Origin: an uncultured bacterium | GTDB lineage: Bacteria > Patescibacteriota > Minisyncoccia > Phycocordibacterales > UBA9973 | Direction of reading: 5' to 3' | Assembly: GCA_903894565.1 (NCBI GenBank) | Contig: CAITQP010000005.1 | Span: 28,971-92,970 of the forward strand | DNA length: 64,000 nucleotides | In this document: one piece after another, positions 27,824-38,193 of the stretch | Layout of the letters: each line of letters begins with the position of its first letter | Position numbering within the stretch: the stretch's first letter is position 1 | Made by a program: the position numbers and the translations under genes | Notes under the pieces: generated by a model | The model's database searches: none | What the model was told of the DNA's origin: nothing | What the model saw: only the letters and a program-made list of their open reading frames with translations

Positions 27824-28008
27824 AAAAATAAGTAATATACATACCACTACGGACAGATTGAGTTTTAGCTGCGATCCGGAGCTTTAGTAGCTAAATTGGC
27901 GCTCCACGCCAAGGTGAACACAAACGAATAAACTGGATGATAGAAGCCCCGACGAAGGAGGAGGTTTCTCTCGTCCCATTTTTGTTTGTGTTCGCGGAAA
28001 AATAATCT

Positions 28009-31000
28009 ATGTCGATTCACACGACTGCGCGGCCAAAAAAGTACTTCCAAAAGTACAAGGCCCCGCTCACGGAGTTTCCGAATTTGCTTGAAATGCAAAT
28101 TCATTCGTTCAAAGAATTGGTCGAGAAAGGTCTCGGAGAAGTGTTCAAGGAATTTTCTCCAATTCCAGATTACTCGGGTAAGAAATTCCAACTTGAGTTC
28201 ACCTCGTTTAGTCTTGGTGAACCAAAGTGTGATGAGTTCTACGCAAAAGAGAACAAGCTCTCATACGAAGCTCCACTCAAAGTGCAGGTTCGTTTGACGA
28301 ACAAGCTCTCAGGTGGACAGGCAAAGGAACAAGAAATTTTCCTTTCTGATCTTCCAATGATGACGGCTCACGGTACGTTCATCATCAATGGTGTTGAACG
28401 TGTCATCGTTCCACAGCTTGCACGAAGTTTCGGTATTTTCTTCACAGAAAATGAATTGAAAGGCAAGCGATTTTTCGGTGCCAAAATCATCCCAGCACGT
28501 GGTGTCTGGATTGAAATTGATGCTGAAACAGACGGTGTTATCTACGTTCGTATCGACAAGAAGCGCAAATTCCCAGTGACTTCACTTTTGCGCAGTTTTG
28601 GCATGGTTTCAGATGATGAAATCCGAGCCGCTTTTACTGATCACGAAACAGCAGCCGCTGTTGTCGCGACCTGTCTCGCCAAGGACACTGCGAAGACTCC
28701 TTCAGAAGCAAACATTGAAATGTACAAGCGTCTCCGTGATGGTGACCTTGCAACAGCAGACAACGCGCGTGAATTCATCACGGCGCTCTTTTCAAAAGAT
28801 CGTTACGACCTTTCACCAGTTGGACGTTTCCGTTTCAACAAGCGCTTCAATCTCTCAATGGATGAGAAAGAACTTGAGCGTCGCACGATCTCACGCGAAG
28901 ACCTCATTCAGGTTATCAAGCACATCGTTGATCTCTCAAATACTCCAAATGCAAAGGCTGACGACATCGACCACCTTGCACAGCGTCGCGTTCGTTACGT
29001 TGGGGAACTCCTCGCCCAGAAAATCCGTGTCGGTATGACGCAGATCAAGCGTAATGTTCAGGACCGCATGTCGACTATCGACACTGCTGCTGCACTTCCA
29101 ATTCAAATCATCAACCAGCGTCCGCTCCAGGCTCGTATTAAGGAATTCTTTACGACCAACCAGCTCTCGCAGTTCATGAACCAAGAAAACCTCCTCGCTG
29201 AGGTGGAACATCTCCGTACATTGTCTGCTCTTGGACCCGGCGGTCTCACTCGTGAGCGCGCAGGTCTCGAAGTGCGTGACGTGCACACATCGCACTATGG
29301 TCGCGTGTGTCCAATCCATACTCCTGAAGGTCCGAACATCGGTCTTATTCTTCACCTTTCGATCTATGCGCGTATCAATGATTTTGGAATCATCGAGACT
29401 CCATACGTCAAAGTGAAGGATGGAAAAGTTACGAATGAAATCGTGTACTTGAACGCCCTTGAAGAAGAAAAGTACAACATCGCGCACGCTGCAGTTGCAA
29501 CAAATGAACAAGGTCTCATCATGGAAGAGTTTGTAGAAGCTCGTCTTAAGACTGAGCCAGGTCTCATCAAGCGTGATGAAATTCATTTCATCGACGTTGC
29601 TCCATATCAGGCATTCTCAATCGCAACAGCGATGGTTCCATTCCTCGAACACAACGACGCAAACCGCGCGCTCATGGGAAGTAACATGCAGAAGCAAGCT
29701 ACTCCATGTCTCATACCAAACGCTCCACTCGTGGCTACAGGTATCGAAGAATTCGCAGCACCATACTCAGGTCGTCTCGTTCTTGCTTCTGAAGCAGGTG
29801 AGGTTACCAAAGTTGATGCTCGTCATATCGTCATCAAGGGCAAGTCTGGCGTGAAGGAATATCCTCTCGTTAACTTCTCACGTACCAACAACTTCACGGC
29901 CTTTCATCAGCGCCCAGTCGTTTCAGTTGGTCAGGAAGTCAAAAAGGGAACATTGCTCGCCGACATGTCGAGTTCGGATAACGGACAGATTGCACTTGGA
30001 CAAAACGTTCTCGTTGCGTTCATGTCATGGGCTGGAAACAACTACGAAGACGCGATCATTCTTTCTGACCGTCTCGTGAAAGATTCAGTATTCACTTCGA
30101 TTCACGTTGAAGAATTCGTTTGTATCGTTCGTGATACAAAACTTGGACCTGAAGTTACGACACGCGACATTCCAAACGTTGGTGAAGGTAAACTCAAGGA
30201 TCTCGACGAAGAAGGTATTATTCGTATCGGTGCAGAAATTCGTGAGAACGATATTCTTGTCGGTAAGATCACACCAAAGGGCGAAACAGAACTCACTCCT
30301 GAAGAGCGATTGCTCCGCAGTATCTTTGCTGAAAAAGCACGTGATGTGAAGGACACTTCACTCCGTCTTGAACACGGAAAGCGCGGACGCATCATCGGCG
30401 TGAAAGTATTTTCTCGTGCAGAAGGTCATCAGCTCGAAAGTGGAATCATCAAGAAAGTTGTTATCGAAGTTGCTCAGCTTCGTAACGTGTCTGTGGGTGA
30501 CAAGCTCGCAGGTCGTCACGGAAACAAGGGAGTCATCTCAACAATCCTTCCACAAGAAGAAATGCCATTCATGGCAGACGGTACACCAGTTGATGTGATC
30601 CTCACACCACTCGGAGTTCCATCACGTATGAACCTTGGACAGATTCTTGAAATGCACCTTGGACTCGCAGCAAACTCGCTTGGCTACCAAGCAATCGTGC
30701 CACCATTCTCTGGTGCACGTGATACAGAAATCAAAGCTGAACTCGTCAAAGCTGGATACCCAGAAACAGGAACACTTCCTCTTTACGACGGACGCACTGG
30801 CGACAAATTCGAACAAGATGTTGCCGTTGGTATCATGTACATGCTCAAGCTGCACCACATGGTTGAAGACAAGATTCACATGCGCAGTATTGGTCCTTAC
30901 AGTCTCATCACGCAACAGCCACTCGGAGGAAAAGCTCAAGGTGGAGGTCAGCGCTTTGGAGAAATGGAAGTGTGGGCTCTCGAAGGTTACGGTGCAGCGC

Positions 31001-31224
31001 ACACCCTTCGCGAAATGCTCACGGTTAAGTCAGACGACATCATGGGACGTTCACAGGCCTTCGATGCCATCATCAAGGGTGAAGAAATTCCAATTCCGAA
31101 TACACCAGCATCATTCAGTGTCATGTTGAACTACCTCCGTGGTCTTGCACTTGATGTTGATTTGCAGAAACGCGGTACCGCTGGTCGAATCATAGAAGCA
31201 GCTTCGAAAGAGGTCGCTGAGTAA
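28009..31224 (+). CDS. rpoB: DNA-directed RNA polymerase beta subunit
   Basis: 1071 aa with conserved beta motifs (GRHGNKGV..., NMQRQAVP-like NMQKQATP). Confidence 0.95.
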   Translation: MSIHTTARPKKYFQKYKAPLTEFPNLLEMQIHSFKELVEKGLGEVFKEFSPIPDYSGKKFQLEFTSFSLGEPKCDEFYAKENKLSYEAPLKVQVRLTNKLSGGQAKEQEIFLSDLPMMTAHGTFIINGVERVIVPQLARSFGIFFTENELKGKRFFGAKIIPARGVWIEIDAETDGVIYVRIDKKRKFPVTSLLRSFGMVSDDEIRAAFTDHETAAAVVATCLAKDTAKTPSEANIEMYKRLRDGDLATADNAREFITALFSKDRYDLSPVGRFRFNKRFNLSMDEKELERRTISREDLIQVIKHIVDLSNTPNAKADDIDHLAQRRVRYVGELLAQKIRVGMTQIKRNVQDRMSTIDTAAALPIQIINQRPLQARIKEFFTTNQLSQFMNQENLLAEVEHLRTLSALGPGGLTRERAGLEVRDVHTSHYGRVCPIHTPEGPNIGLILHLSIYARINDFGIIETPYVKVKDGKVTNEIVYLNALEEEKYNIAHAAVATNEQGLIMEEFVEARLKTEPGLIKRDEIHFIDVAPYQAFSIATAMVPFLEHNDANRALMGSNMQKQATPCLIPNAPLVATGIEEFAAPYSGRLVLASEAGEVTKVDARHIVIKGKSGVKEYPLVNFSRTNNFTAFHQRPVVSVGQEVKKGTLLADMSSSDNGQIALGQNVLVAFMSWAGNNYEDAIILSDRLVKDSVFTSIHVEEFVCIVRDTKLGPEVTTRDIPNVGEGKLKDLDEEGIIRIGAEIRENDILVGKITPKGETELTPEERLLRSIFAEKARDVKDTSLRLEHGKRGRIIGVKVFSRAEGHQLESGIIKKVVIEVAQLRNVSVGDKLAGRHGNKGVISTILPQEEMPFMADGTPVDVILTPLGVPSRMNLGQILEMHLGLAANSLGYQAIVPPFSGARDTEIKAELVKAGYPETGTLPLYDGRTGDKFEQDVAVGIMYMLKLHHMVEDKIHMRSIGPYSLITQQPLGGKAQGGGQRFGEMEVWALEGYGAAHTLREMLTVKSDDIMGRSQAFDAIIKGEEIPIPNTPASFSVMLNYLRGLALDVDLQKRGTAGRIIEAASKEVAE

Positions 31225-31245
31225 TCTAACGAAGGAAACATATAT

Positions 31246-34200
31246 ATGAAAACTATTGATACAAATTCGGATTTCGAATCGATCTCGCTCAAGCTCGCAA
31301 GTCCAGACCGCATCCGCGACTGGTCATACGGTGAAGTCACCAAGCCAGAAACAATCAACTACCGCACGGGACGTTCAGAACGTGGAGGTCTCTTTGACGA
31401 ACGCATCTTCGGACCAGAAAAAGACTACGAATGTTACTGTGGAAAATACCGCCGTATTCGTTACAAGGATATCGTGTGTGAGAAGTGTGGCGTTGAAGTT
31501 ACACGCAGTATTGTTCGTCGCGAACGCATGGGTCACATCGAGCTTGCAACACCAGTTGCGCACATTTGGTTCCTCCGTGGCGTGCCATCTCGCATGTCGA
31601 CACTCCTCAACATCACCGCAACTGATCTTGAAAAGGTGATCTACTTCGCTGGCTACATCATCATGAAGGTGTACCAAGAAGAAAAAGACAAACTCCTCAA
31701 GAATCTCGAAAATGAATACAAGACGAAGGTAAAGAGTTCAGCAGATGAAGAGACCAAGACAAAGCTCAAGGAGCTCCTCATGACTGCGAAGAAAGAAATC
31801 GGTGAAATTTACGAAGGTAAAGTGCTCACTGAAATCGCATACCACCGCTACAGTCTTAAGTACGGTACTTGTTTCGAAGCATCGATTGGTGCCGAAGCTA
31901 TTTACGCCGTGCTCAAGAATCTTGACCTCAAGAAGCTTCAGGAAATCAGTGAAGCTTCACATGAAAAAGCATCTGCAGTTGAGCGTGAGAAACTCGAAAA
32001 GCGTCTCTCACTCATTCGCTCAATGATCACGAGTGGTATTCGTCCAGAATGGATGTTCCTTACCGTCATCCCAGTTATTCCACCAGCACTTCGCCCAATG
32101 GTTGCGCTTGATGGAGGACGTCATGCAACAAGTGATATCAACGACCTCTATCGTCGTGTGATCAACCGCAATAACCGTCTTGCAAAATTGAAGGGCATCG
32201 GTGCACCAGATGTTATTCTTCGTAACGAAAAGCGTATTCTTCAGGAAGCAGTTGATGCACTCATCGACAACTCAATCGCTCGTCAGAATGATTCAGTCGC
32301 GATGAACCAGGCACAGCGCCGTGCATTGAAATCACTTTCAGACAACCTTAAATCAAAGCAGGGTCTCTTCCGTCAGAACCTTCTCGGAAAGCGCGTGGAC
32401 TACTCCGGTCGTTCCGTGATTGTCGTTGGACCATCACTCAAACTTTCACAGTGTGGACTTCCAAAGCACATGGCGCTTGAGCTCTTCCGCCCATTCGTCA
32501 TCAGTAAGCTCATCTCTCAAGAACTTGCATACAACATTCGTGGAGCGAACCGTCTCATCGAAGATGGTATTCCAGAAGTGTGGGCAATTCTCGAAGAAGT
32601 TATCAAGGGCAAGCGTGTGCTCCTCAACCGTGCACCAACGCTTCACCGTCTCGGTATTCAGGCCTTCCAGCCTGTGCTCATTGAAGGAAATGCTATTCAG
32701 GTTCACCCACTCGTGTGTCCAGCGTTCAACGCTGACTTCGACGGAGACCAAATGGCCGTTTACGTTCCGCTTTCAAAGGCTGCTCAAAATGAAGCCGAGG
32801 ATCGTATGGCTTCAAACAAGAACCTCCTCAAGCCACAAAACGGAGATCCAATCACAAGTCCTCGTATGGACATGGCGCTCGGTTGTTTCTGGATGACCAA
32901 AGTTGGTATCAACGAAACAGGCGAGGGTATGATGTTCAGTAGTCCAAACCAAGCAATCACTGCGTACGATTTCAAAGCAGTTTCACTTCGTGCAAAAATC
33001 AAAGTGCTTGGAACAGACAGTCAGAAATATCAGCCATTCAACAAACAGCCATTTGAAACGACTGTTGGACGATTGCTCTTCAACTCAATCCTTCCTGAAG
33101 ATTTCCCATTCTTGAACGAAACAATCAACCAAAAGCGTCTCAACGGACTCGTGGATGAATTCATCATGCACTACGGTATTGATGAGACACCAAAAGTACT
33201 CGACAAGATTAAGACATTTGGATTCACGTATTCAACAAAGTCTGGTATCAGTTGGGGTATTGATAACATTCATGTTCCAGCAGGCAAGCCTGAGGCTGTG
33301 AAGCGCGGACGTGCGAAGGAATTTGAAGTCATCAACCAATACAACGAAGGTCTTCTCTCTGAAGAAGAAAAGTACCGAAAGACAATTGAAATTTGGGAAG
33401 GAGTCAAGAAAGAAATTGAAGGTATGCTCCCAGCAACACTCGTTGAAGGAAGTTCTGCAAGTGACATGATCACTTCAGGAGCCCGCGGAAGTATGAGTAA
33501 CCTCTCGCAGATGGCGGGAATGAAGGGTCTCATTATTTCTCCAAGTGGACGTACTATTGATTTCCCAATTGTCCCATCGTTCAAAGAAGGATTTTCTCCA
33601 ATTGAATACTTCATTACGACTCACGGATCACGTAAAGGTCTCGCCGATACAGCGCTCAACACTGCAAAGGCTGGATACCTCACTCGTCGTCTCGTTGACG
33701 TTGCACAAGATGTTGTGATCACTGAAGAAGATTGTGGAACAAAGGATGGAAAGATGATGATCAAGGACAACGTGCTTGGTATCGAAATTCCAATCTCCAA
33801 AACACTTCGTGGACGCGTGCTTGCCGCTGACCTCAAAGACAAAGAAGGAAACATCATTCATAAGCGCGGATTCCTCGTCAACAAAGAAGAGGCAATGCGA
33901 CTTGAGAAAGTTGGTGTTACAGAAGCGTTTGTTCGTTCACCACTTACGTGTAAGACAACATACGGAATCTGTCAGGCATGTTACGGTCTCGACCTCGGAC
34001 GCAACACACTCGTCAAAGTCGGTGAAGCAGTCGGTATCGTCGCAGCGCAAGCTATCGGTGAACCAGGAACTCAGCTCACGCTCCGTACGTTCCACGCCGG
34101 AGGAGTCGCAGGAGTGGACATCACCGCAGGTCTTCCACGCGTCGAAGAAATCTTCGAGCGCCGTTTGCCAAAGAACCCAGCTGTCGTTTGTCATGAAGAT

Positions 34201-34878
34201 GGAACTGTTATCGAGGTTCGTCCAAATGGAGCAGAGCGTGCAATTGTTGTTCTCCATGACACAAAGGTAGATGGTAAGAGTAATGAAACAACATACGAAC
34301 TTCCACCACACCGTCTTCCAATCGTTTTGAAGGGTGCTGCGGTGAAGAAGGGTGAACTTATGACTGATGGATCAGCTGACATCGCAGAAATCTTCAAGTT
34401 TGGAGGTCGCGAGCGTGCAGAAGAATATATCATTCACGAAATCAACAAAGTGTATGAATTGCAGGGTGCCTCGATCGCGCGTAAGCACATCGAAATCATC
34501 ATTCGTCAGATGTTCAGTCGCAAGAAGGTGAAAGATGCTGGAGAGACAGGATTCTCACCAAGTGAGATTGTCGAAACAGTTGAACTTCTCGACGAGAACG
34601 CTCTTATGAAACTCCAAGGACGCACTGAAGCAAAGGCAGAATCGCTCGTACTTGGAATTTCTGAGACAGCGCTTACAACGAAGAGTTGGCTTTCTGCAGC
34701 TTCGTTCCAGAACACAAACCGTGTCCTCATCACCAATGCAATCCGCGGTGGTATCGACACACTTCGTGGACTCAAGGAGAATGTCATCATCGGACGTCTC
34801 ATCCCAGCAGGTACTGGATATGGTGCTCACGAGGAGCGACCAGTCGTTGTTGAATCAGATCAGAAGCAGGCAGAATAA
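31246..34878 (+). CDS. rpoC: DNA-directed RNA polymerase beta' subunit
   Basis: 1210 aa with Zn-finger CYCGKYRRIRYKDIVCEKCGVEV and the NADFDGDQM catalytic motif. Confidence 0.95.
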   Translation: MKTIDTNSDFESISLKLASPDRIRDWSYGEVTKPETINYRTGRSERGGLFDERIFGPEKDYECYCGKYRRIRYKDIVCEKCGVEVTRSIVRRERMGHIELATPVAHIWFLRGVPSRMSTLLNITATDLEKVIYFAGYIIMKVYQEEKDKLLKNLENEYKTKVKSSADEETKTKLKELLMTAKKEIGEIYEGKVLTEIAYHRYSLKYGTCFEASIGAEAIYAVLKNLDLKKLQEISEASHEKASAVEREKLEKRLSLIRSMITSGIRPEWMFLTVIPVIPPALRPMVALDGGRHATSDINDLYRRVINRNNRLAKLKGIGAPDVILRNEKRILQEAVDALIDNSIARQNDSVAMNQAQRRALKSLSDNLKSKQGLFRQNLLGKRVDYSGRSVIVVGPSLKLSQCGLPKHMALELFRPFVISKLISQELAYNIRGANRLIEDGIPEVWAILEEVIKGKRVLLNRAPTLHRLGIQAFQPVLIEGNAIQVHPLVCPAFNADFDGDQMAVYVPLSKAAQNEAEDRMASNKNLLKPQNGDPITSPRMDMALGCFWMTKVGINETGEGMMFSSPNQAITAYDFKAVSLRAKIKVLGTDSQKYQPFNKQPFETTVGRLLFNSILPEDFPFLNETINQKRLNGLVDEFIMHYGIDETPKVLDKIKTFGFTYSTKSGISWGIDNIHVPAGKPEAVKRGRAKEFEVINQYNEGLLSEEEKYRKTIEIWEGVKKEIEGMLPATLVEGSSASDMITSGARGSMSNLSQMAGMKGLIISPSGRTIDFPIVPSFKEGFSPIEYFITTHGSRKGLADTALNTAKAGYLTRRLVDVAQDVVITEEDCGTKDGKMMIKDNVLGIEIPISKTLRGRVLAADLKDKEGNIIHKRGFLVNKEEAMRLEKVGVTEAFVRSPLTCKTTYGICQACYGLDLGRNTLVKVGEAVGIVAAQAIGEPGTQLTLRTFHAGGVAGVDITAGLPRVEEIFERRLPKNPAVVCHEDGTVIEVRPNGAERAIVVLHDTKVDGKSNETTYELPPHRLPIVLKGAAVKKGELMTDGSADIAEIFKFGGRERAEEYIIHEINKVYELQGASIARKHIEIIIRQMFSRKKVKDAGETGFSPSEIVETVELLDENALMKLQGRTEAKAESLVLGISETALTTKSWLSAASFQNTNRVLITNAIRGGIDTLRGLKENVIIGRLIPAGTGYGAHEERPVVVESDQKQAE

Positions 34879-34954
34879 TGAAGAGATGCGCCGAGGACTT
34901 CGTCCTCGGCGCCGTGCGTGGGGTACTTGCGTAATTGCTTTCAAAAAACAAATC

Positions 34955-36751
34955 ATGTCTTCTTCAGTTGAAAAAATTAAGGAACGACTCTCCATTGTTG
35001 ATGTGATTTCTTCGTACTTAAAACTCGAAAAATCAGGAAGTAATTATAAAGCTCCATGTCCTTTTCACAACGAAAAAACACCGTCATTTTTTATTTCGCC
35101 GTCACGCAATAGTTACTATTGTTTCGGATGTGGTGCCAAAGGCGACATTTTTACGTTCGTCGAGCAGTTTGAGGGACTCGATTTCAAAGGATCCCTCAAG
35201 CAACTCGCCGCACGTGCTGGTGTTGATCTTGAACCATATCGTGGTAGTGACCCGAAAGAAAAAAATGAAAAGGATCGCCTTCACGAACTCATGGAAGCGG
35301 CGTGTGTGTTCTATCAATCAGAATTGAAGACATGTTCCGATGCACTTCTGTATCTCACGAAGCGTGGTGTCAAAGATATGACACTCGCAAGTTTCCGTAT
35401 CGGATATGCGCCAAAGGAATGGCGAGTACTTGCGAATGCACTCCGCAAACAAGGCTTCACTGATGCTGAGATTGTGCTCGCTGGTCTTGCGAAACATCCT
35501 GATGAAAATCCGACTGGCGATATCTATGATCGCTTTCGTGATCGAGTCATGTTTCCGATCAGTGACACGAGTGGACGCATCATCGCGTTCAGTGGACGAA
35601 TGCTTCATGATGATGGTTCTGGCATGCAAGGCAAATATATCAACTCACCAGAGACTCCCATTTTTAAAAAGGGAAGTACGCTCTATGGTCTTGATAAGGC
35701 AAAGTTTGAAATCAGAAAACGCGATGCTGCTATCCTTGTCGAAGGACAAATGGATTTAGTACTATCGCATCAGGCGGGATTTACGAATACAGTTGCTTCA
35801 AGCGGCACAGCACTTGGTGATTCACTCATCGCTGATACAGACAAAGGTTTGCTTTCAGGACTCGGTGCTGTGCACGCGCTCACCAAGAATCTCATTGTGG
35901 CATTTGATGCTGACAAAGCTGGACTCCGTGCAGCCGGTCGCGCTGAGAAGATTGGATTGTCGCTTGGGATGAATGTGAAGATCGCCAAACTTCCGTCTGG
36001 CCTCGATCCAGCAGATACCATTCTTGAAAAAGGTGCAGAAGAATGGAAAAAGATTGTTGATACAGCACAGCACATTGTCCTCTTATACCTCTCTGTGCTC
36101 ATGGAACATCCACTGAGTGAACTCACACGTACACGTGCGATTCGAGACAAGATTTTGCCGTATATTGCAGTTATGCCGAGTGCTGTCGAGCGAGTACACT
36201 TCATCCGTGAAATTGCGGTGAAGACGGGTATTCCTGAAGAAGCACTCGCTGAAGATGTCGTTCGATTGCTCGTTGCAACACCAGCACCTTCGCCAAAAAA
36301 TCAGTCACAATTGGTGCAACCAAATACAGTGAATGCAGGAATCGTGCGAACGACACGTATCCTCGATCGATTGCTCGGTGTTGTCTTTTGGCAAGAGACA
36401 CTTCCTCAGTCTGTCATCCCGCTCGATTCTGTGAAAGATCGAATCAAAAGTATCATTGGCGAAGAACAGCTCATCGGGATGCTCGCAATGCCAAATGACA
36501 AAAAGAATGAACGTATTTTCGAAGTCGAACTTGTGTATCAAGATTCAAAAGATTTGAAAGAAGACGTCGAGGAATTACTCGACAATTTAGAAGAAGAAAC
36601 GCTCGGAAGGGCACTCGAGGCTTTGATGGCGAAGATGTCGCACGCTGAGAGAGGTGAAGATGGCGAAGTCCTCCAATCATTACTCGCCGAATCACAGAAG
36701 ATAAGCACACGTCTCAACACCATTAAAAGCAGTCGATTTTTACATAATTAA
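34955..36751 (+). CDS. dnaG: DNA primase
   Basis: CHC2 zinc finger CPFHNEKTPSF, TOPRIM domain. Start at ATG 34955, the first in-frame ATG after the rpoC stop (34876-34878). Confidence 0.9.
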   Translation: MSSSVEKIKERLSIVDVISSYLKLEKSGSNYKAPCPFHNEKTPSFFISPSRNSYYCFGCGAKGDIFTFVEQFEGLDFKGSLKQLAARAGVDLEPYRGSDPKEKNEKDRLHELMEAACVFYQSELKTCSDALLYLTKRGVKDMTLASFRIGYAPKEWRVLANALRKQGFTDAEIVLAGLAKHPDENPTGDIYDRFRDRVMFPISDTSGRIIAFSGRMLHDDGSGMQGKYINSPETPIFKKGSTLYGLDKAKFEIRKRDAAILVEGQMDLVLSHQAGFTNTVASSGTALGDSLIADTDKGLLSGLGAVHALTKNLIVAFDADKAGLRAAGRAEKIGLSLGMNVKIAKLPSGLDPADTILEKGAEEWKKIVDTAQHIVLLYLSVLMEHPLSELTRTRAIRDKILPYIAVMPSAVERVHFIREIAVKTGIPEEALAEDVVRLLVATPAPSPKNQSQLVQPNTVNAGIVRTTRILDRLLGVVFWQETLPQSVIPLDSVKDRIKSIIGEEQLIGMLAMPNDKKNERIFEVELVYQDSKDLKEDVEELLDNLEEETLGRALEALMAKMSHAERGEDGEVLQSLLAESQKISTRLNTIKSSRFLHN

Positions 36752-36778
36752 TTAGTAACATTTATTTTGAACGATTTT

Positions 36779-38080
36779 ATGGCAAAGAAAAAAGAAGTAA
36801 AAAAGAAGATTGTTGCGAAGAAGCCTGCACCGAAAAAGGCAGTTGCAAAGGCTGTCAAAAAGCCAGCCAAAAAAGCTGTTGCCAAAAAGGCTCCAGCTCC
36901 AAAAGTGGCGAAGGCGAAGAAGGTTGTCGTCAAAAAACCAGCTCGTCAAAAGGCGCAAAAGGGTAGTGGTGCAATCGCTGCTGGACGTGTCGCTGCCAAG
37001 AAACAGCAGAAAGGCAAAATGACACCAACAGATCGCGCGGATGATCTCGTCATGAAAGGCAAGAAGCGTGGCTTCGTAACGTTCGACGAAATTTTGCGTT
37101 CGTTCCCAAACATTGAGACAAACATTGAATTTCTTGATGATTTGTACGAGAAGCTCACCACGGCTGGTATCGATGTGCTCGAAGGAGGAAATTTGCTCGA
37201 CATTGATCTTGCTGAAGGAGATCACAAGGACGAGAAGAGTGATTCGAGTTATGACTCAATCCAAATGTATCTCAAAGAGATTGGACAGTACCCGCTCATT
37301 CAAGCAGGTGAGGAAAAAGAACTCGCGAAGCGAATTCAAGCTGGAGATATGGAGGCCAAGAATTTGCTTGCACGTGCGAACCTTCGTCTCGTTGTTTCGA
37401 TTGCAAAGAAATATGTTGGACGCTCTAGTGATTTGACACTCCTTGACCTTATTCAAGAAGGAAACCTCGGTCTCTTTAAAGCCGTAGAAAAATTCGACTG
37501 GACCAAAGGATACAAATTCTCGACATACGCAACATGGTGGATTCGTCAATCAATTACTCGAGCGCTCGCCGACCAATCCCGCACGATTCGTATTCCTGTG
37601 CATATGGTTGAAACGATTTCAAAGTACAAGCAAGTCTACCGCCGTCTCGCGCAAGACCTCGGTCGTGATCCACTCGCCGAAGAAATCGCAACTGAAATGG
37701 GTATTGATGTTGAGAAAGTCCACGTCATTGAAAATATTTCTCAGGATACTGTATCGCTCGAACAGCCAATTGGTGACGATGATGAGAAATCAACTCGTGG
37801 AGAATTTATCGCCGATGACAAGATTCTTCGTCCAGACCAAGAAGCATCACGACGAATTCTTACGGATCAGATTCGTGGAGTGCTCGAAGAACTCTCACCA
37901 AAGGAGCGTAAGATTCTTGAGATGCGTTATGGTCTCTCCGATGGGGTACAGCACACACTCGAAGAAGTGGGCACAGAGTTCGGTGTGACGCGCGAACGTA
38001 TTCGTCAGATTGAGGCGAAGGTACATGAGAAGCTCCGCACACATGAGCGCATTCTCCGATTGAAGAATTATTTTGATTAA
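36779..38080 (+). CDS. rpoD: RNA polymerase sigma-70 factor with a histone-H1-like Lys/Ala-rich N-terminal extension
   Basis: Regions 1.2-4.2 present ([57 protein letters not shown]). N-terminal ~65 aa [49 protein letters not shown]. Confidence 0.9.
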   Translation: MAKKKEVKKKIVAKKPAPKKAVAKAVKKPAKKAVAKKAPAPKVAKAKKVVVKKPARQKAQKGSGAIAAGRVAAKKQQKGKMTPTDRADDLVMKGKKRGFVTFDEILRSFPNIETNIEFLDDLYEKLTTAGIDVLEGGNLLDIDLAEGDHKDEKSDSSYDSIQMYLKEIGQYPLIQAGEEKELAKRIQAGDMEAKNLLARANLRLVVSIAKKYVGRSSDLTLLDLIQEGNLGLFKAVEKFDWTKGYKFSTYATWWIRQSITRALADQSRTIRIPVHMVETISKYKQVYRRLAQDLGRDPLAEEIATEMGIDVEKVHVIENISQDTVSLEQPIGDDDEKSTRGEFIADDKILRPDQEASRRILTDQIRGVLEELSPKERKILEMRYGLSDGVQHTLEEVGTEFGVTRERIRQIEAKVHEKLRTHERILRLKNYFD

Positions 38081-38092
38081 AGCGTAGCGAAA

Positions 38093-38130
38093 GTACGAAA
38101 AAACCCTTCTATAGAAGGGTTTTTTCGTAC
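38093..38130 (+). terminator. Intrinsic terminator after rpoD
   Basis: GTACGAAAAAACCCTTCT-ATA-GAAGGGTTTTTTCGTAC. Confidence 0.65.
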
Positions 38131-38153
38131 TAATTGCGCATTTTGGTATTATA

Positions 38154-38165
38154 TGGTATTATAAT
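38154..38165 (+). promoter_or_regulatory. Extended -10 promoter (TGGTATTATAAT) for the proABC operon
   Basis: TGnTATTAT / TATAAT about 30 nt upstream of the proA ATG 38194. Confidence 0.4.
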
Positions 38166-38193
38166 AACGTATTTGTTCTCACCCAATGTCCGT

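Noticed and set aside
34652-34954. Upstream extension of the dnaG ORF overlapping the end of rpoC
   Set aside because: The extension translates to low-complexity sequence in an rpoC alternative frame. The conserved primase N-terminus (MSSSVEKIKERLSIVDVISSYL, CHC2 finger) begins at ATG 34955.
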